From: Escherichia phage JY01
DNA length: 64,000 nucleotides
Sequence record: OR995200.1
Strand: one strand, 5' to 3'
The notes below the pieces were generated by a model. The model did no database searches and was not told where the DNA came from. It saw only the letters and a program-made list of their open reading frames with translations. Position 1 is the stretch's first letter; each line of letters starts with the position of its first letter. The translations under genes were made by a program, and so were the position numbers. Below, in pieces: positions 8,677 through 18,318 of the stretch.

Positions 8677-10854
8677 TTAGGCCGCAAGGGCCTTCATAGT
8701 TTTAGCGATTTGGGAAACTTCATCATCACTCAAAGAGTTACGATAACCGATGAAGTCGGAAACAATACGGAATTTCTTGGTAAACTCAGCAACCATTTTA
8801 TCACTATTTTTTGAAGCATTACGTGATAATTCATCAAAGAGATTAGTTACTGTCCAGATATCATGACCGATGGTATCTTTTCCACCATTGAAATACACAC
8901 CGCGTAATGAACTAACCATATTACCAAGTCGTGTATATTCTTCAGAAACTTCATCTGTACTGAAGTACTTCATCATAAAATCTAGTTCAGGATACTTGAT
9001 AATTTTATCAATATATCGTTGAGCTGAACTTGAATAACCTACATACTTATCATAATCTACATCATCAAAAGCATCTACATATAAATCACGCAAAGCTTCA
9101 AAAATACATTGGCACTGACCGAGTTCTTTTACCTTTTTCTGTAAAAGCGGACGAATAACATAAAATTCATTAATGCCAATAAGATTAGCCATACGAATCA
9201 AAATATTCATAGATGGATGACAAAGTGATGTAGTACCATCCATAGAGAAAATATCAGAACGATGCATATACGCTACATAACCAGTAATTTCATCTGCTTC
9301 TGACGTAAGTGTAAATAGTTCCTCTTTTTCCCATCGTCCATCTTTAATTTCAAATTTAAATGCTGTAGCAGCTTTAGGACGAGGAGCTTTACTTTTAACT
9401 ACCTTTGGAATATAGCTTTTAACTAAAGCTTCAATTTCTGACAAATAATGAATGTTAACTTCATCACTTTCAAACATTGCCATAATATCAGGTAGTAAAT
9501 CAATCTGCGATTCTACTTCCGGATTAATAAACAGAAGACGCTCATTGTGATGAATATTTAAAGTGTTATTAAATTCACTATCATCTAACGCATGCGCTAA
9601 TCCACGGACAATATTAACACGATTTTTAATATTATCAATAACGATATTAATTTTTGTTGTATTAATACCAAACAGACGATAACTTGATGCAACGGCTGAA
9701 GTTTCATGGCTTTGCTTAATGCGTTTCAGTCGAGGGTCAAGATTTACTTCATACACAACTCCTGCATTGCATAACTTACTATCAGGTTCAAACATGCTCT
9801 GCATCTTTTTATATGACAGATTTTTAGTCGTGAATTTGACTGAATTACTAATCATATAATCTCGAGCAGAATACCCCATCTTCATCAATTCACGATATGT
9901 GTGACGAGGAGATGTAGATTCTTTAAATCGTTTTACATCTTCATTAAATGCTTTCTCACTGAGTTCTTTAACTCGTTCAATGATATTTTTACGAGTGCGA
10001 TCATCTAGTGAAAGAGCCTCGCGAGATGGAGCAATATCAAGTGAACCCATTGGAAACTTAATGTAATTCACTTCATTGCGAATGCTTAGCCAGTTACGGT
10101 CTCTAATAACACCATCGATAGGATAAACAATACCGCCATAGATAGCATATAATCCACCGCGATCAGGCCAGTATCTTTCTGGATTTACGCCATAATAATC
10201 ATCAAAATCCGGAAAATAATCAATTTCGCGGTCAAGACCATTAATGATAGCCAAATCTTTGAATGGTCGCATGATATAAGAAACTTCATAAGCAAAGTTT
10301 CTAAAGTCTTTTTCTTCAACTGGAACTACGATTTCAATACCAGTTTTATCATTTGGACCCATTTCTTTTACGAATGTAGGTTTAATTTGTGGACCATCGC
10401 CATCCATGTAAGCTACATAACCACGAATTTCACCTTTATGATACGAAGTAATACTAAACGTATCAGTATAACTAAACGGAGATTTAGAACCTAAACCAAA
10501 TCCGCCAATAAAGTCATTAGATTCAGCCTTAGATGAACTGAAATATGAATTATACAGCCCAGGAGAATTATCATCACCCTGAATATCAAAATCACTCATA
10601 CCCGGACCAAAATCTCGACAAACAAATCGTGGATCTAAACGTCCAGGAACTTGAATGATAAATTTTTCAGGATTTCCATTGAGAGCATGGGCATCAATCA
10701 TGTTGGTAATCAATTCACGAACAACTGCGCGAATTTTGTTTGTATACAAATCAGATGACAGAATTTTAAATACTTTAGGAGATGCTGCGATGCTAAATGC
10801 TTTTGATTTAGAACCATTGCCAAGAATTGTTTCTTTTTCAGTGGTGATAATCAT
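8677..10854 (-). CDS. rIIA: rIIA protein
   Basis: 725 aa as in T4 rIIA. N-terminal GHKL-ATPase-like region ([10 protein letters not shown], GxGxG). Confidence 0.9.
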   Translation of the reverse strand: MIITTEKETILGNGSKSKAFSIAASPKVFKILSSDLYTNKIRAVVRELITNMIDAHALNGNPEKFIIQVPGRLDPRFVCRDFGPGMSDFDIQGDDNSPGLYNSYFSSSKAESNDFIGGFGLGSKSPFSYTDTFSITSYHKGEIRGYVAYMDGDGPQIKPTFVKEMGPNDKTGIEIVVPVEEKDFRNFAYEVSYIMRPFKDLAIINGLDREIDYFPDFDDYYGVNPERYWPDRGGLYAIYGGIVYPIDGVIRDRNWLSIRNEVNYIKFPMGSLDIAPSREALSLDDRTRKNIIERVKELSEKAFNEDVKRFKESTSPRHTYRELMKMGYSARDYMISNSVKFTTKNLSYKKMQSMFEPDSKLCNAGVVYEVNLDPRLKRIKQSHETSAVASSYRLFGINTTKINIVIDNIKNRVNIVRGLAHALDDSEFNNTLNIHHNERLLFINPEVESQIDLLPDIMAMFESDEVNIHYLSEIEALVKSYIPKVVKSKAPRPKAATAFKFEIKDGRWEKEELFTLTSEADEITGYVAYMHRSDIFSMDGTTSLCHPSMNILIRMANLIGINEFYVIRPLLQKKVKELGQCQCIFEALRDLYVDAFDDVDYDKYVGYSSSAQRYIDKIIKYPELDFMMKYFSTDEVSEEYTRLGNMVSSLRGVYFNGGKDTIGHDIWTVTNLFDELSRNASKNSDKMVAEFTKKFRIVSDFIGYRNSLSDDEVSQIAKTMKALAA

Positions 10855-10864
10855 AATTTCCTCA

Positions 10865-11068
10865 TTAATTCATATTACGCTTAATAACTTCAGCAACTTC
10901 TAGTAGTTCATCTTTAGTTGCAGTGTCGGATTGAATTTTATCTCTAATATCTTTAAAGCGGTTTTTAAATTCTTCGGCTTCTCCCATATCGAAAAAGCGT
11001 TGAATGATTCTATATTCTCGATGAACTGCTTTATCAAAAAGTTCTAAATTTACTTTATATGATTTCAT
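10865..11068 (-). CDS. Hypothetical protein (rIIA.1 position)
   Basis: 67 aa, ATG start, just upstream of rIIA. Confidence 0.5.
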   Translation of the reverse strand: MKSYKVNLELFDKAVHREYRIIQRFFDMGEAEEFKNRFKDIRDKIQSDTATKDELLEVAEVIKRNMN

Positions 11069-11091
11069 TTCAATATCCTCATTTGCCCAAT

Positions 11092-11123
11092 TAATTATAC
11101 CACATCCTTGTGGTAAAGTAAAC
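11092..11123 (-). promoter_or_regulatory. Early promoter
   Basis: GTTTAC, 17 nt, GTGGTATAAT on the minus strand, upstream of the rIIA.1-position ORF. Confidence 0.5.
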
Positions 11124-12943
11124 TACTGGCTCATCCATTCTTTACGAAGGTCAGCATTATCTCCCATGAGCATTTCAAAAAGATCTTTCCAGTTCTCAGG
11201 AAGTTTAACAACATCATATACTGGATTTTGAATCATCTCACGATATTCAGATTTTTCCAAAGAGCCAAGTCCCTTAATATAACGGATGCTATGTTTAGGT
11301 AGAGCATCTTTAGCACTCTCATATTCAGCGACTGTATAAAACCATTCTTGTTTTTTACCGACCTGGGCGATGATTACAGGAGTTTTGACAAAGCGAATTC
11401 GTCCTTGCTCAAACAATTCTGGCCAATTACTAAAAAATCCAAGAAGAGAAGGATAAATGCTTCCTAGACCATCATGGTCAGCATCAGTCATAATAGCAAT
11501 ATTATGATAATTCAAGTTTTCAGCTTTTTCACCAAGAACTAATCCAGTGATTGCGCAAATATCAAATAGTTCTTTGTTTTTAAGCATATCAGCATATGAC
11601 ATACCCCAACTGTTGAGAACTTTACCGCGCAATGGATAACCACCATGAAGTTCTTTATCACGAACATCAATAAGATATCCGATAGCAGAATCACCCTCAG
11701 TCAAGAAAAGAGTAGTATCAGCATCTTTACCGCAAAGATTCGCTTTGATATGTTTATGAACCTTTGCCTTAGAAGCCTTTTTAGCTGCTTTAGTTTCAGC
11801 TGCTTTTTCTGCTGCCAATTTACGAGCTAGTGCAGCTTCAATAATTGGCATCAGAATTGCTTCATTATTTAGAATAGCGCGTGAAATCTTTTTAGCGTCA
11901 AGTTGAATATGACTACGGATTTCACCAAATGGAGAAGTCAAACGCTCTTTAGTTTGAGAATCAAATCGCATGTTTTTCATATCACGAACAAACATAACGA
12001 TAGTCAAACATTCTTTAACACGTGCTTTAGTTACATCAATTTTGAACTTACGTTTGATTTGTGGAATAAGGTCTTCACAAATATCATCCATAACACAGTC
12101 AATGTGATGACCACCATTCTTAGTATGAATGTTATTGACGTATGTTAATTGACGAAAACCATCCGGTGAACGACCAACCGCAATAGAACAATTTTCTTGT
12201 TCTTGAACAATAGCATGCTCATCATATTGGCGTGCATATTTCTTAAAATTACCCTGAACCTTTTTACCGTTAAAGGTAAATTGAATATCAGGATAAACTA
12301 CTGCAAGTGTCTGGAGACGATCTAGTGTAATGTCAAGATAAACCTGAGATAGCTCATTAGTTTCAAATGACATAAAATCAGGAATGAAAGTAACACGAGT
12401 TCCTTTCCATTTTCCAGGAATATCTTCCCATGATTTATTTTCCATGCCATTTGAACAACGAACTACAATATTATTTTGACCGTCGCCAGTTTCACCGACA
12501 AACATAACAGAAAAAATGTTAGTTAAACTAGAGCCAACACCGTTCATACCGCCAGTGACGCGTTCTTTATCATCGCCGAAGTTACCACCTGCTTTTGGAA
12601 TAGTCCAGGCGGCAACAGGACCAGGAATTTCTTCACCAGTAGGTGTTTTAACCATCGCTTGTGGAATACCACGACCGTTATCTTCAACTGTTACTTGATT
12701 GTTTTTAATAGTAACGTTAATTTTATTTGCGAATTTAAACTTAGTACGAATACCTTCATCTACTGAGTTATCGATAATTTCATCAATAAGCTTAACAAGA
12801 CCAGGTACATACTGAACACTTTCCCATTTACCAAACAGAAAGCGCTCATGCATTTCATTAGCAGAAGAACCAATGTACATGCCGCTACGCTTTTTGATAT
12901 GTTCAATATCGCTCAGAATTTTAATTTCATTCTTAATCATCAC
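11123..12943 (-). CDS. 39: DNA topoisomerase II large subunit (GyrB-like), unsplit 39+60 form
   Basis: 606 aa with GyrB ATPase and TOPRIM regions in one ORF. T4 splits this into gene 39 plus gene 60; here it is continuous. Confidence 0.9.
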   Translation of the reverse strand: MMIKNEIKILSDIEHIKKRSGMYIGSSANEMHERFLFGKWESVQYVPGLVKLIDEIIDNSVDEGIRTKFKFANKINVTIKNNQVTVEDNGRGIPQAMVKTPTGEEIPGPVAAWTIPKAGGNFGDDKERVTGGMNGVGSSLTNIFSVMFVGETGDGQNNIVVRCSNGMENKSWEDIPGKWKGTRVTFIPDFMSFETNELSQVYLDITLDRLQTLAVVYPDIQFTFNGKKVQGNFKKYARQYDEHAIVQEQENCSIAVGRSPDGFRQLTYVNNIHTKNGGHHIDCVMDDICEDLIPQIKRKFKIDVTKARVKECLTIVMFVRDMKNMRFDSQTKERLTSPFGEIRSHIQLDAKKISRAILNNEAILMPIIEAALARKLAAEKAAETKAAKKASKAKVHKHIKANLCGKDADTTLFLTEGDSAIGYLIDVRDKELHGGYPLRGKVLNSWGMSYADMLKNKELFDICAITGLVLGEKAENLNYHNIAIMTDADHDGLGSIYPSLLGFFSNWPELFEQGRIRFVKTPVIIAQVGKKQEWFYTVAEYESAKDALPKHSIRYIKGLGSLEKSEYREMIQNPVYDVVKLPENWKDLFEMLMGDNADLRKEWMSQ

Positions 12944-12991
12944 TTATCCTCGTTTGGTTTCGGGAATATTATACTCCGGTAATCATAAAGC

Positions 12992-13012
12992 TAAAGGCCC
13001 GAAGGCCTTTTA
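12992..13012 (-). other. UUCG-tetraloop RNA hairpin
   Basis: AAGGCCCGAAGGCCTT stem-loop at the 3' end of the lipoprotein gene, upstream of gene 39. Confidence 0.4.
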
Positions 13013-13270
13013 TTTAAAACGGATAGTCGAATCCTTGAAGAATAGACCAGAACATACGGTTCCTTCTACTTTCTGCCCGGTAGGTCCAATAGCGCGAAAT
13101 CCAGTATGTTGGAAATCATTTTCAGAGCAACCGAACCAATTGTATCCAGTGATTTCAATATTAGTAAAACCGCTTGATGACAAAATTTTGGTTGCATTAT
13201 CAGCATCAGTACATCCTGCTAAAGACACTGCTAATACTAATGCTGCGATAGAACGATTAATATATTTCAT
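13010..13270 (-). CDS. Putative lipoprotein (86 aa)
   Basis: Track ORF trimmed to ATG. MKYINRSIAALVLAVSLAGC has a signal peptide and LAGC lipobox. Confidence 0.5.
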   Translation of the reverse strand: MKYINRSIAALVLAVSLAGCTDADNATKILSSSGFTNIEITGYNWFGCSENDFQHTGFRAIGPTGQKVEGTVCSGLFFKDSTIRFK

Positions 13271-13274
13271 AATT

Positions 13275-13646
13275 TCACTCAAATTTAATGGCTTGAAGAA
13301 GACTAATAATTCTCAAGCGACTTCTTTCATCTTTAACTGTAAAAGAAAGAGGGTCACCAGATTTCATAGTGATGATGCATCCAAAATCAAAATCTTCTGT
13401 AACTTCTTCGAAGAAGTCAAATTCTTCATCATAAATTAGAACATTACTCTGAAAGCTGTGAAGAATTTTTCCATCATTTCCAGATGCTGTACTAATCATT
13501 GTAACATTATGACCTTTCATATCTTCAACGATAAATTCGCTTGTAGATATTACTGCATTAATAGAACCGTTCCTATGAATAGCAGAAAATAGATATTTCT
13601 TTTCTTCACCTTCGCGAACACGATATTTCTTACCGATTTTAAACAT
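13275..13646 (-). CDS. Hypothetical protein (123 aa)
   Basis: ATG start in a TAATTATG junction with the upstream small ORF. Confidence 0.45.
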   Translation of the reverse strand: MFKIGKKYRVREGEEKKYLFSAIHRNGSINAVISTSEFIVEDMKGHNVTMISTASGNDGKILHSFQSNVLIYDEEFDFFEEVTEDFDFGCIITMKSGDPLSFTVKDERSRLRIISLLQAIKFE

Positions 13647-13648
13647 AA

Positions 13649-13825
13649 TTACCCTTTAAGTAAGTCGTAAAATCCACCATTCACATGCTTAGGAGCAGAA
13701 GGCCGACGAGTAGACAAACGATGACATTTAGGGCAAACATCATTTTCTCGTTCAGAAATCTTTTTAATTTTTTCATATTCATGCCCGCAATCTTCGGATT
13801 GGCATTTATAATCATACATTGGCAT
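13649..13825 (-). CDS. Zinc-ribbon protein, FmdB-like (58 aa, not in ORF track)
   Basis: Manual translation MPMYDYKCQSEDCGHEYEKIKKISERENDVCPKCHRLSTRR... has two CxxC pairs. AAGGA Shine-Dalgarno. Fills the gap between track ORFs exactly. Confidence 0.4.
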   Translation of the reverse strand: MPMYDYKCQSEDCGHEYEKIKKISERENDVCPKCHRLSTRRPSAPKHVNGGFYDLLKG

Positions 13826-13827
13826 AA

Positions 13828-14247
13828 TTATTCCTTAAAGTGTGCTTTCAACATCTGATACAAGGACCATGCCTGTTCATTATTTTCAATAGTAACTTTC
13901 ATGACTGGGAATTCTGTGAAATCTTCTATTTGTTCTTGCTCTTCCTGCTCTTGTTCTTCAGCTGCCTGATATGGATTTTCCACTTCATCAAAGAACCCAG
14001 CTTCGGTAGTAGAAAGCCAGATAAAGTTTTCGTCAAGGATATCACCATGTGTTGCATATCCAACTGTGCCAGTAGATGTCACAATTTTAGTAGGACGACC
14101 AAGATGGTCAACATCTAAAATTTTAAAAGGATGCATACCTAAACGGCGTGCATAGATTCCGTTATCAGTATGGTCTTTAATAAAATTTTCTTGAGCTTGT
14201 TTATTTTTAAATTGATACCATTTATTAACTTCAAATTTAATAGCCAT
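13828..14247 (-). CDS. Hypothetical protein with acidic EQ repeat (goF position)
   Basis: 139 aa, internal [10 protein letters not shown] low-complexity tract. Position and size resemble T4 goF. Confidence 0.45.
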   Translation of the reverse strand: MAIKFEVNKWYQFKNKQAQENFIKDHTDNGIYARRLGMHPFKILDVDHLGRPTKIVTSTGTVGYATHGDILDENFIWLSTTEAGFFDEVENPYQAAEEQEQEEQEQIEDFTEFPVMKVTIENNEQAWSLYQMLKAHFKE

Positions 14248-14462
14248 TAATAAATTTCCTTCCAGTAAGTTGTGCCATCTTCAGTAATTTCACGAAATAC
14301 ACCGTAAATTGGTTGTTTATCACCAACCTTTTCATACACATAAACCGAAGTCAAGTGAGTAAACTTGATGGTGTGTTCCTTTTGAACTACTACCAAATCT
14401 GGATCGAATAATACATCTTCAAATTCGTCATTAGTGCAATTCTGAACAATTTTACGTTTCAT
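14247..14462 (-). CDS. Hypothetical protein (71 aa, cef position)
   Basis: Same length as T4 Cef and same relative position. Sequence not independently recognised. Confidence 0.4.
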   Translation of the reverse strand: MKRKIVQNCTNDEFEDVLFDPDLVVVQKEHTIKFTHLTSVYVYEKVGDKQPIYGVFREITEDGTTYWKEIY

Positions 14463-14475
14463 TACAATTTCCTCA

Positions 14476-14745
14476 TTAATTGAACAGTGGAGCGATGCGT
14501 TTCAGAAGAGTAGCAGCACCTTTAGCGAATTTTACATCATGAAAAACAGTTTCTTCTTCCGTTACAACACGAACTTTAATGTTTTCACAATCCCAATTTT
14601 TACGAACAATCTTCAAAAGCTGCAGTAAATCTTTACATTCAGCAATATCGATAACACATCCACGAGAATCTTCCATTATCGCACGATAACCGTAAGCCAT
14701 ACCATAATCGTTGAAAGATTGCTCGATGATAATTAAGTTTTCCAT
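14476..14745 (-). CDS. Hypothetical protein (89 aa)
   Basis: Track ORF starts at a TTG inside the leader (MENKM...). The real ATG follows TTGGAGAATAAA. Confidence 0.5.
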   Translation of the reverse strand: MENLIIIEQSFNDYGMAYGYRAIMEDSRGCVIDIAECKDLLQLLKIVRKNWDCENIKVRVVTEEETVFHDVKFAKGAATLLKRIAPLFN

Positions 14746-14764
14746 TTTATTCTCCAAGTTATTT

Positions 14765-14845
14765 TCTGTATCAGTAGTTGATATTGATATAGTACCATAA
14801 TCAACTACTGATGTATATAGTTTTATGAAAAAATTTTAAACTTTA
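14765..14845 (-). promoter_or_regulatory. Promoter-leader cassette with atypical -35
   Basis: Conserved TGGTACTATA and leader CAACTACTGATACAG are present, but no canonical GTTTAC at -35. Confidence 0.4.
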
Positions 14846-14852
14846 TGCAAAT

Positions 14853-15272
14853 TTATGCTAAAGCTGCTTCGCACCATTTTTTAATTTGGAATTCAGGAAC
14901 TACCATGAACTGGCCTGCAAAAACAATATTGTAGAGCTTGACACCATCTTCTACCCAACGGTCCGAAATAAAACCAGCGACTTGATTCGTTGTCCATGGA
15001 GTTCCATCTGTTGCCGCCGCAATTGTGAATTTATGGTCTTTTACAACTAAAACTGAAGAACAAAGTTTCCATTTAAATGCGCTTTCTTCTGGCTCAATGA
15101 ACTGACTTGAGACATAACCAATGTTACCATCAGCGTCACGAACTTTAACCTCGTTACGACCAAAAACTGGATCACTTACAGAAAGAACTTCAACCAGCTT
15201 TCCTGCAACTTTAGAACGAGAAGCAACGGATACATATACGTAATCACCAGTAGAGAGATTTACAATATTCAT
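14853..15272 (-). CDS. MotB-family paralog A (139 aa)
   Basis: Shares N-terminal VxVASRSKVAGKLVEV and C-terminal D-x-W-V-EDG-x-K-L-Y-N-I-V-F-x-G-x-F motifs with the two upstream genes. Confidence 0.5.
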   Translation of the reverse strand: MNIVNLSTGDYVYVSVASRSKVAGKLVEVLSVSDPVFGRNEVKVRDADGNIGYVSSQFIEPEESAFKWKLCSSVLVVKDHKFTIAAATDGTPWTTNQVAGFISDRWVEDGVKLYNIVFAGQFMVVPEFQIKKWCEAALA

Positions 15273-15281
15273 AATAATTCC

Positions 15282-15755
15282 TTAAGCTTTACGAGGAGAA
15301 GCATAACGAGTGATTTCAGATTCTTCAACAACCCGGAAGTCACCTAAGAATACGATATTGTAGAGCTTTTCACCATCTTCAACCCATTGGTCTGTGATGA
15401 AGCCACACATCCTATCAGTTTTACTTGGACCAGCGAAATCATCAATATAATCGAATTCTTCATCAGTTACAAATTCAACGCCTTTACACAACGCCCATTT
15501 AAATTGTGCATTAGACTCAGTGGATTCAACTTCTTCAACAGAAGCAAAATGAGAGCTAACACGAGTTTCCAGAAATTTAGGACTTACGTAAGCGTACTGA
15601 GTTTCAGTTTTTCCAGAACTAGGAATGATTCGAACTTTAACTTCTATAACACGACCAGTACCATTAGTACGAAGTCCTACCACTTCAACTAGACGACCTG
15701 CAGCTTTAGAACGAGATGCAGACGATACACGCTTAATTTCACCGATAGTAATCAT
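15282..15755 (-). CDS. MotB-family paralog B (157 aa)
   Basis: SSASRSKAAGRLVEV ... FITDQWVEDGEKLYNIVFLGDF. ATG start. Confidence 0.5.
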   Translation of the reverse strand: MITIGEIKRVSSASRSKAAGRLVEVVGLRTNGTGRVIEVKVRIIPSSGKTETQYAYVSPKFLETRVSSHFASVEEVESTESNAQFKWALCKGVEFVTDEEFDYIDDFAGPSKTDRMCGFITDQWVEDGEKLYNIVFLGDFRVVEESEITRYASPRKA

Positions 15756-15793
15756 AATTTTTCTCTCTTTATTGTTAAGATTTATTCTCCATG

Positions 15794-15828
15794 AGAGCCA
15801 TTATAACAGGCTCTCTATAAAGTAAACT
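15794..15828 (-). promoter_or_regulatory. Early promoter with inverted repeat around the -10
   Basis: GTTTAC, spacer, GAGAGCC-TGTTATAAT-GGCTCTC, then a 5-codon mini-ORF ATGGAGAATAAATCTTAA before the paralog B start. Confidence 0.45.
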
Positions 15829-16322
15829 TAATTAAGGATATTAATTACTGCACTACGTGGAACTACACTAAAATCACCTGCATGAACAACGTTCAGAAGT
15901 TCAACACCGTCTTCAATCCACTGATCAGTTACCCATCCACTCACTGGACCTGCGAACGGACGTCGAATTGAAACAGCTTTACACAACAAATCAGTAGGCT
16001 CAATAGGCTTAACCAGAGTACCGTACATACAAGCGATATCCATATCAATACAGATGTCTTTAACGGGTTCTACTTCTTCAATCAACAGTTCAAAGTCGGT
16101 GCTTGGAAGGGCGGTAGTAGAAATTGTACCGTATGAATTTTTAATTTCTAAGAATAACCAAGAGCCTTCAACTTGTTTGATGAAGTTAACAATAGTGAAA
16201 CTATTACCTTGAGTGGCGCCTAAAATTTCACAAAACTTTTCATAAGCTCGCACTGAAGCACCATACCAGTTGATTTGCTTTTCGTCTTTCAGGATGTAAG
16301 TAGCTGTAGTACTGATATTCAT
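15828..16322 (-). CDS. MotB-family paralog C (164 aa, motB position)
   Basis: C-terminal WVTDQWIEDGVELLNVVHAGDF. Size and position resemble T4 MotB (recalled as 162 aa). Confidence 0.5.
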   Translation of the reverse strand: MNISTTATYILKDEKQINWYGASVRAYEKFCEILGATQGNSFTIVNFIKQVEGSWLFLEIKNSYGTISTTALPSTDFELLIEEVEPVKDICIDMDIACMYGTLVKPIEPTDLLCKAVSIRRPFAGPVSGWVTDQWIEDGVELLNVVHAGDFSVVPRSAVINILN

Positions 16323-16334
16323 GATGTTTTCCCC

Positions 16335-16838
16335 TTAATCTAAGGTAATAAAGCCTTTTAATTCGGCATGTGACTTGCGGAACATTACTTGATGACCGCC
16401 AATGATAACTTGGTCATCAGGTACTTCGTATACAGCGAGATAAAATCCTTTAGAAGCTAATTCTTCACGCTCTTCTCGTGTGAACCATCTCATCATATCA
16501 TATTCGCTAGCGAAAGCAAAATGATAAAGAGCTATAAACCATCCTGGAATATAGTGATCTACGCCTACATATTCTTCTTTCTCAAAATTAGTATTAATTG
16601 CTATATTAGCATTTTTAACTAATAGTTTGTCTTCGTGCGGAAGAGGAATTCTTTTATTATCATTACTATGATGCATAAAATTAGGTCTGTCATAACCTAC
16701 GTGTAATAACCACTCTTCACTCCATGAATCTATTATACTCCTGTACGGAGTTATTTGAACACAAAGATCTCGACGTATTGTTATAGCATCTTCATAATTA
16801 AGAATACTAAATGATGATTCAACACGATAAATTTTCAT
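16335..16838 (-). CDS. Hypothetical protein (167 aa)
   Basis: Track ORF starts at a TTG inside the promoter -10. The real ATG has a GAGGA Shine-Dalgarno. Confidence 0.5.
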   Translation of the reverse strand: MKIYRVESSFSILNYEDAITIRRDLCVQITPYRSIIDSWSEEWLLHVGYDRPNFMHHSNDNKRIPLPHEDKLLVKNANIAINTNFEKEEYVGVDHYIPGWFIALYHFAFASEYDMMRWFTREEREELASKGFYLAVYEVPDDQVIIGGHQVMFRKSHAELKGFITLD

Positions 16839-16861
16839 TTTATTATCCTCAGTAGCTATGG

Positions 16862-16895
16862 TGTTATAATACCACAACTAACCGAGGAAGTAAAC
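16862..16895 (-). promoter_or_regulatory. Early promoter
   Basis: GTTTAC, 17 nt, GTGGTATTATAAC on the minus strand. Confidence 0.5.
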
Positions 16896-16901
16896 AACTT
16901 T

Positions 16902-17585
16902 TTATCGTTTTGTTGGAAGAGACAGAGGATCGCACTCTTCCTCTGACGGAGCATCTTCAAGACCCATAGCGTATCGCAAAGCATACTTCATCATCAGGAT
17001 GTCTTTCGCGCAGTCATGAATAGAATCATGTGCAACGAATCCATCTAAAGTTCCTTTTGGAAGAGGACACGTGGTCATATCACGAACAAGCAGAAGTGCT
17101 TCAATTCTGGTACGAATATCACGCTGATTCCAGAATTTACAAGGTTCTAACTTAAATGTATCAAGCTCATTCTCGGAAACGCCGTTAAGACGTTGAATAT
17201 CGCGAATGAGATCGACTAAAATTGGAAAATCAAACGACATTCCACGGCACCAACCTTGAGATTTCCAAGGATCGATATTATGCGCATTGATGTAATCATT
17301 AAATTTTGCAATACCATCGATAGTGCTTACATCTTCATCTGATGGCGCAATATTTTTTCGAGCTTCAGGAGATTGATTCTTCCACCATTCGATAGTGCTT
17401 TTAGTAAAAAGACGATGTCCTTTTTGACTTTTTAAGTCAAATTTAATTTTAATGCCACGTGAAACTAGTTCATCGAATGTTTCAACAACTTCCGGGTTAG
17501 GGTCAAAAGCAATTACAGCCAAATCAATAACAGCTGCTTTTTCACCGCTTCCCATCGTTTCAAAATCTATAATAAAATCAAACAT
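16902..17585 (-). CDS. dexA: Exonuclease A (DexA), DEDD 3'-5' exonuclease
   Basis: 227 aa as in T4 DexA. N-terminal FDFIIDFETMG resembles exonuclease motif I. Confidence 0.8.
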   Translation of the reverse strand: MFDFIIDFETMGSGEKAAVIDLAVIAFDPNPEVVETFDELVSRGIKIKFDLKSQKGHRLFTKSTIEWWKNQSPEARKNIAPSDEDVSTIDGIAKFNDYINAHNIDPWKSQGWCRGMSFDFPILVDLIRDIQRLNGVSENELDTFKLEPCKFWNQRDIRTRIEALLLVRDMTTCPLPKGTLDGFVAHDSIHDCAKDILMMKYALRYAMGLEDAPSEEECDPLSLPTKR

Positions 17586-17827
17586 TAAACTTTCCTCGCT
17601 AAATCGCGAATTTGACCTACAGTATAATCTTGGATATAAACTTTATTAATGGGCTCATCAATAAATTTTGCCATAGATTCAATATCTTTTTGCATCTCTT
17701 CAAGACTGTATACTATCTTTGAAGCTTTTTCACGAATAGTTACATTTTCAGGTCCTGGATTTTCTTCAATGACAGCTTTAACATTTGCCATAAGAGATTT
17801 AAACTGATACCAACTTAATTCAATCAT
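17585..17827 (-). CDS. Hypothetical protein (80 aa)
   Basis: ORF between dda and dexA. Confidence 0.4.
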   Translation of the reverse strand: MIELSWYQFKSLMANVKAVIEENPGPENVTIREKASKIVYSLEEMQKDIESMAKFIDEPINKVYIQDYTVGQIRDLARKV

Positions 17828-18080
17828 TAATAATCGCCTTATAAAGATGGCTAATTTCGCCTAAAACATAATCACTGATTGTAACAGTTTTCACTTCACC
17901 ACAAAAGAATTCTAACGCAATTAAATCTCGTTCAATTTCTTCTAATTGAAGCATTAACTTGCCAGATTCAATTTTTACATTTCTACGATTTTTACTATAA
18001 GCTATTTCATAAATTTCGCTCACATTATCTTGAAGCAGATAAAACTGGTCTTTAGTTATTTCCACGAATAGCTTCCTCAA
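17820..18080 (-). CDS. Hypothetical protein (86 aa)
   Basis: ORF between dda and dexA. Overlaps neighbours by a few nt. Confidence 0.4.
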   Translation of the reverse strand: MRKLFVEITKDQFYLLQDNVSEIYEIAYSKNRRNVKIESGKLMLQLEEIERDLIALEFFCGEVKTVTISDYVLGEISHLYKAIIND

Positions 18081-18312
18081 ATTTAATTAGTAATTTACAG
18101 ACACTTTCATCTAGTGTAATTACCGTATCTGTATTACTGTGATATGATTGTTTTTCAATTCGTTTAATTGCTAATATAGTATCACTTATAAGATAAAGCT
18201 TATGAAGGAGCTCAGCTCCTGTTACCATAACATCGAGATTATCTTGCTTATTAGTATGCTTCCTTATACCATCTATTAGACGATTTAAATATTTTGAATT
18301 GATGTTAATCAT
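18052..18312 (-). CDS. Hypothetical protein (86 aa)
   Basis: ORF directly downstream of dda. Start codon uncertain. Confidence 0.35.
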   Translation of the reverse strand: MININSKYLNRLIDGIRKHTNKQDNLDVMVTGAELLHKLYLISDTILAIKRIEKQSYHSNTDTVITLDESVCKLLIKFEEAIRGNN

Positions 18313-18318
18313 ATAGCC

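Noticed and set aside
8678-8695. AGGCC-GCAAG-GGCCT hairpin at the rIIA/rIIB junction
   Set aside because: It overlaps the rIIA 3' coding end, and its stem and loop are less regular than the UUCG family. Could be coincidental.
13828-14247. [10 protein letters not shown] tract as a possible DNA-level tandem repeat or slippage site
   Set aside because: The repeat is short, in-frame and reads as an acidic low-complexity linker within a normal ORF. No evidence of phase variation.
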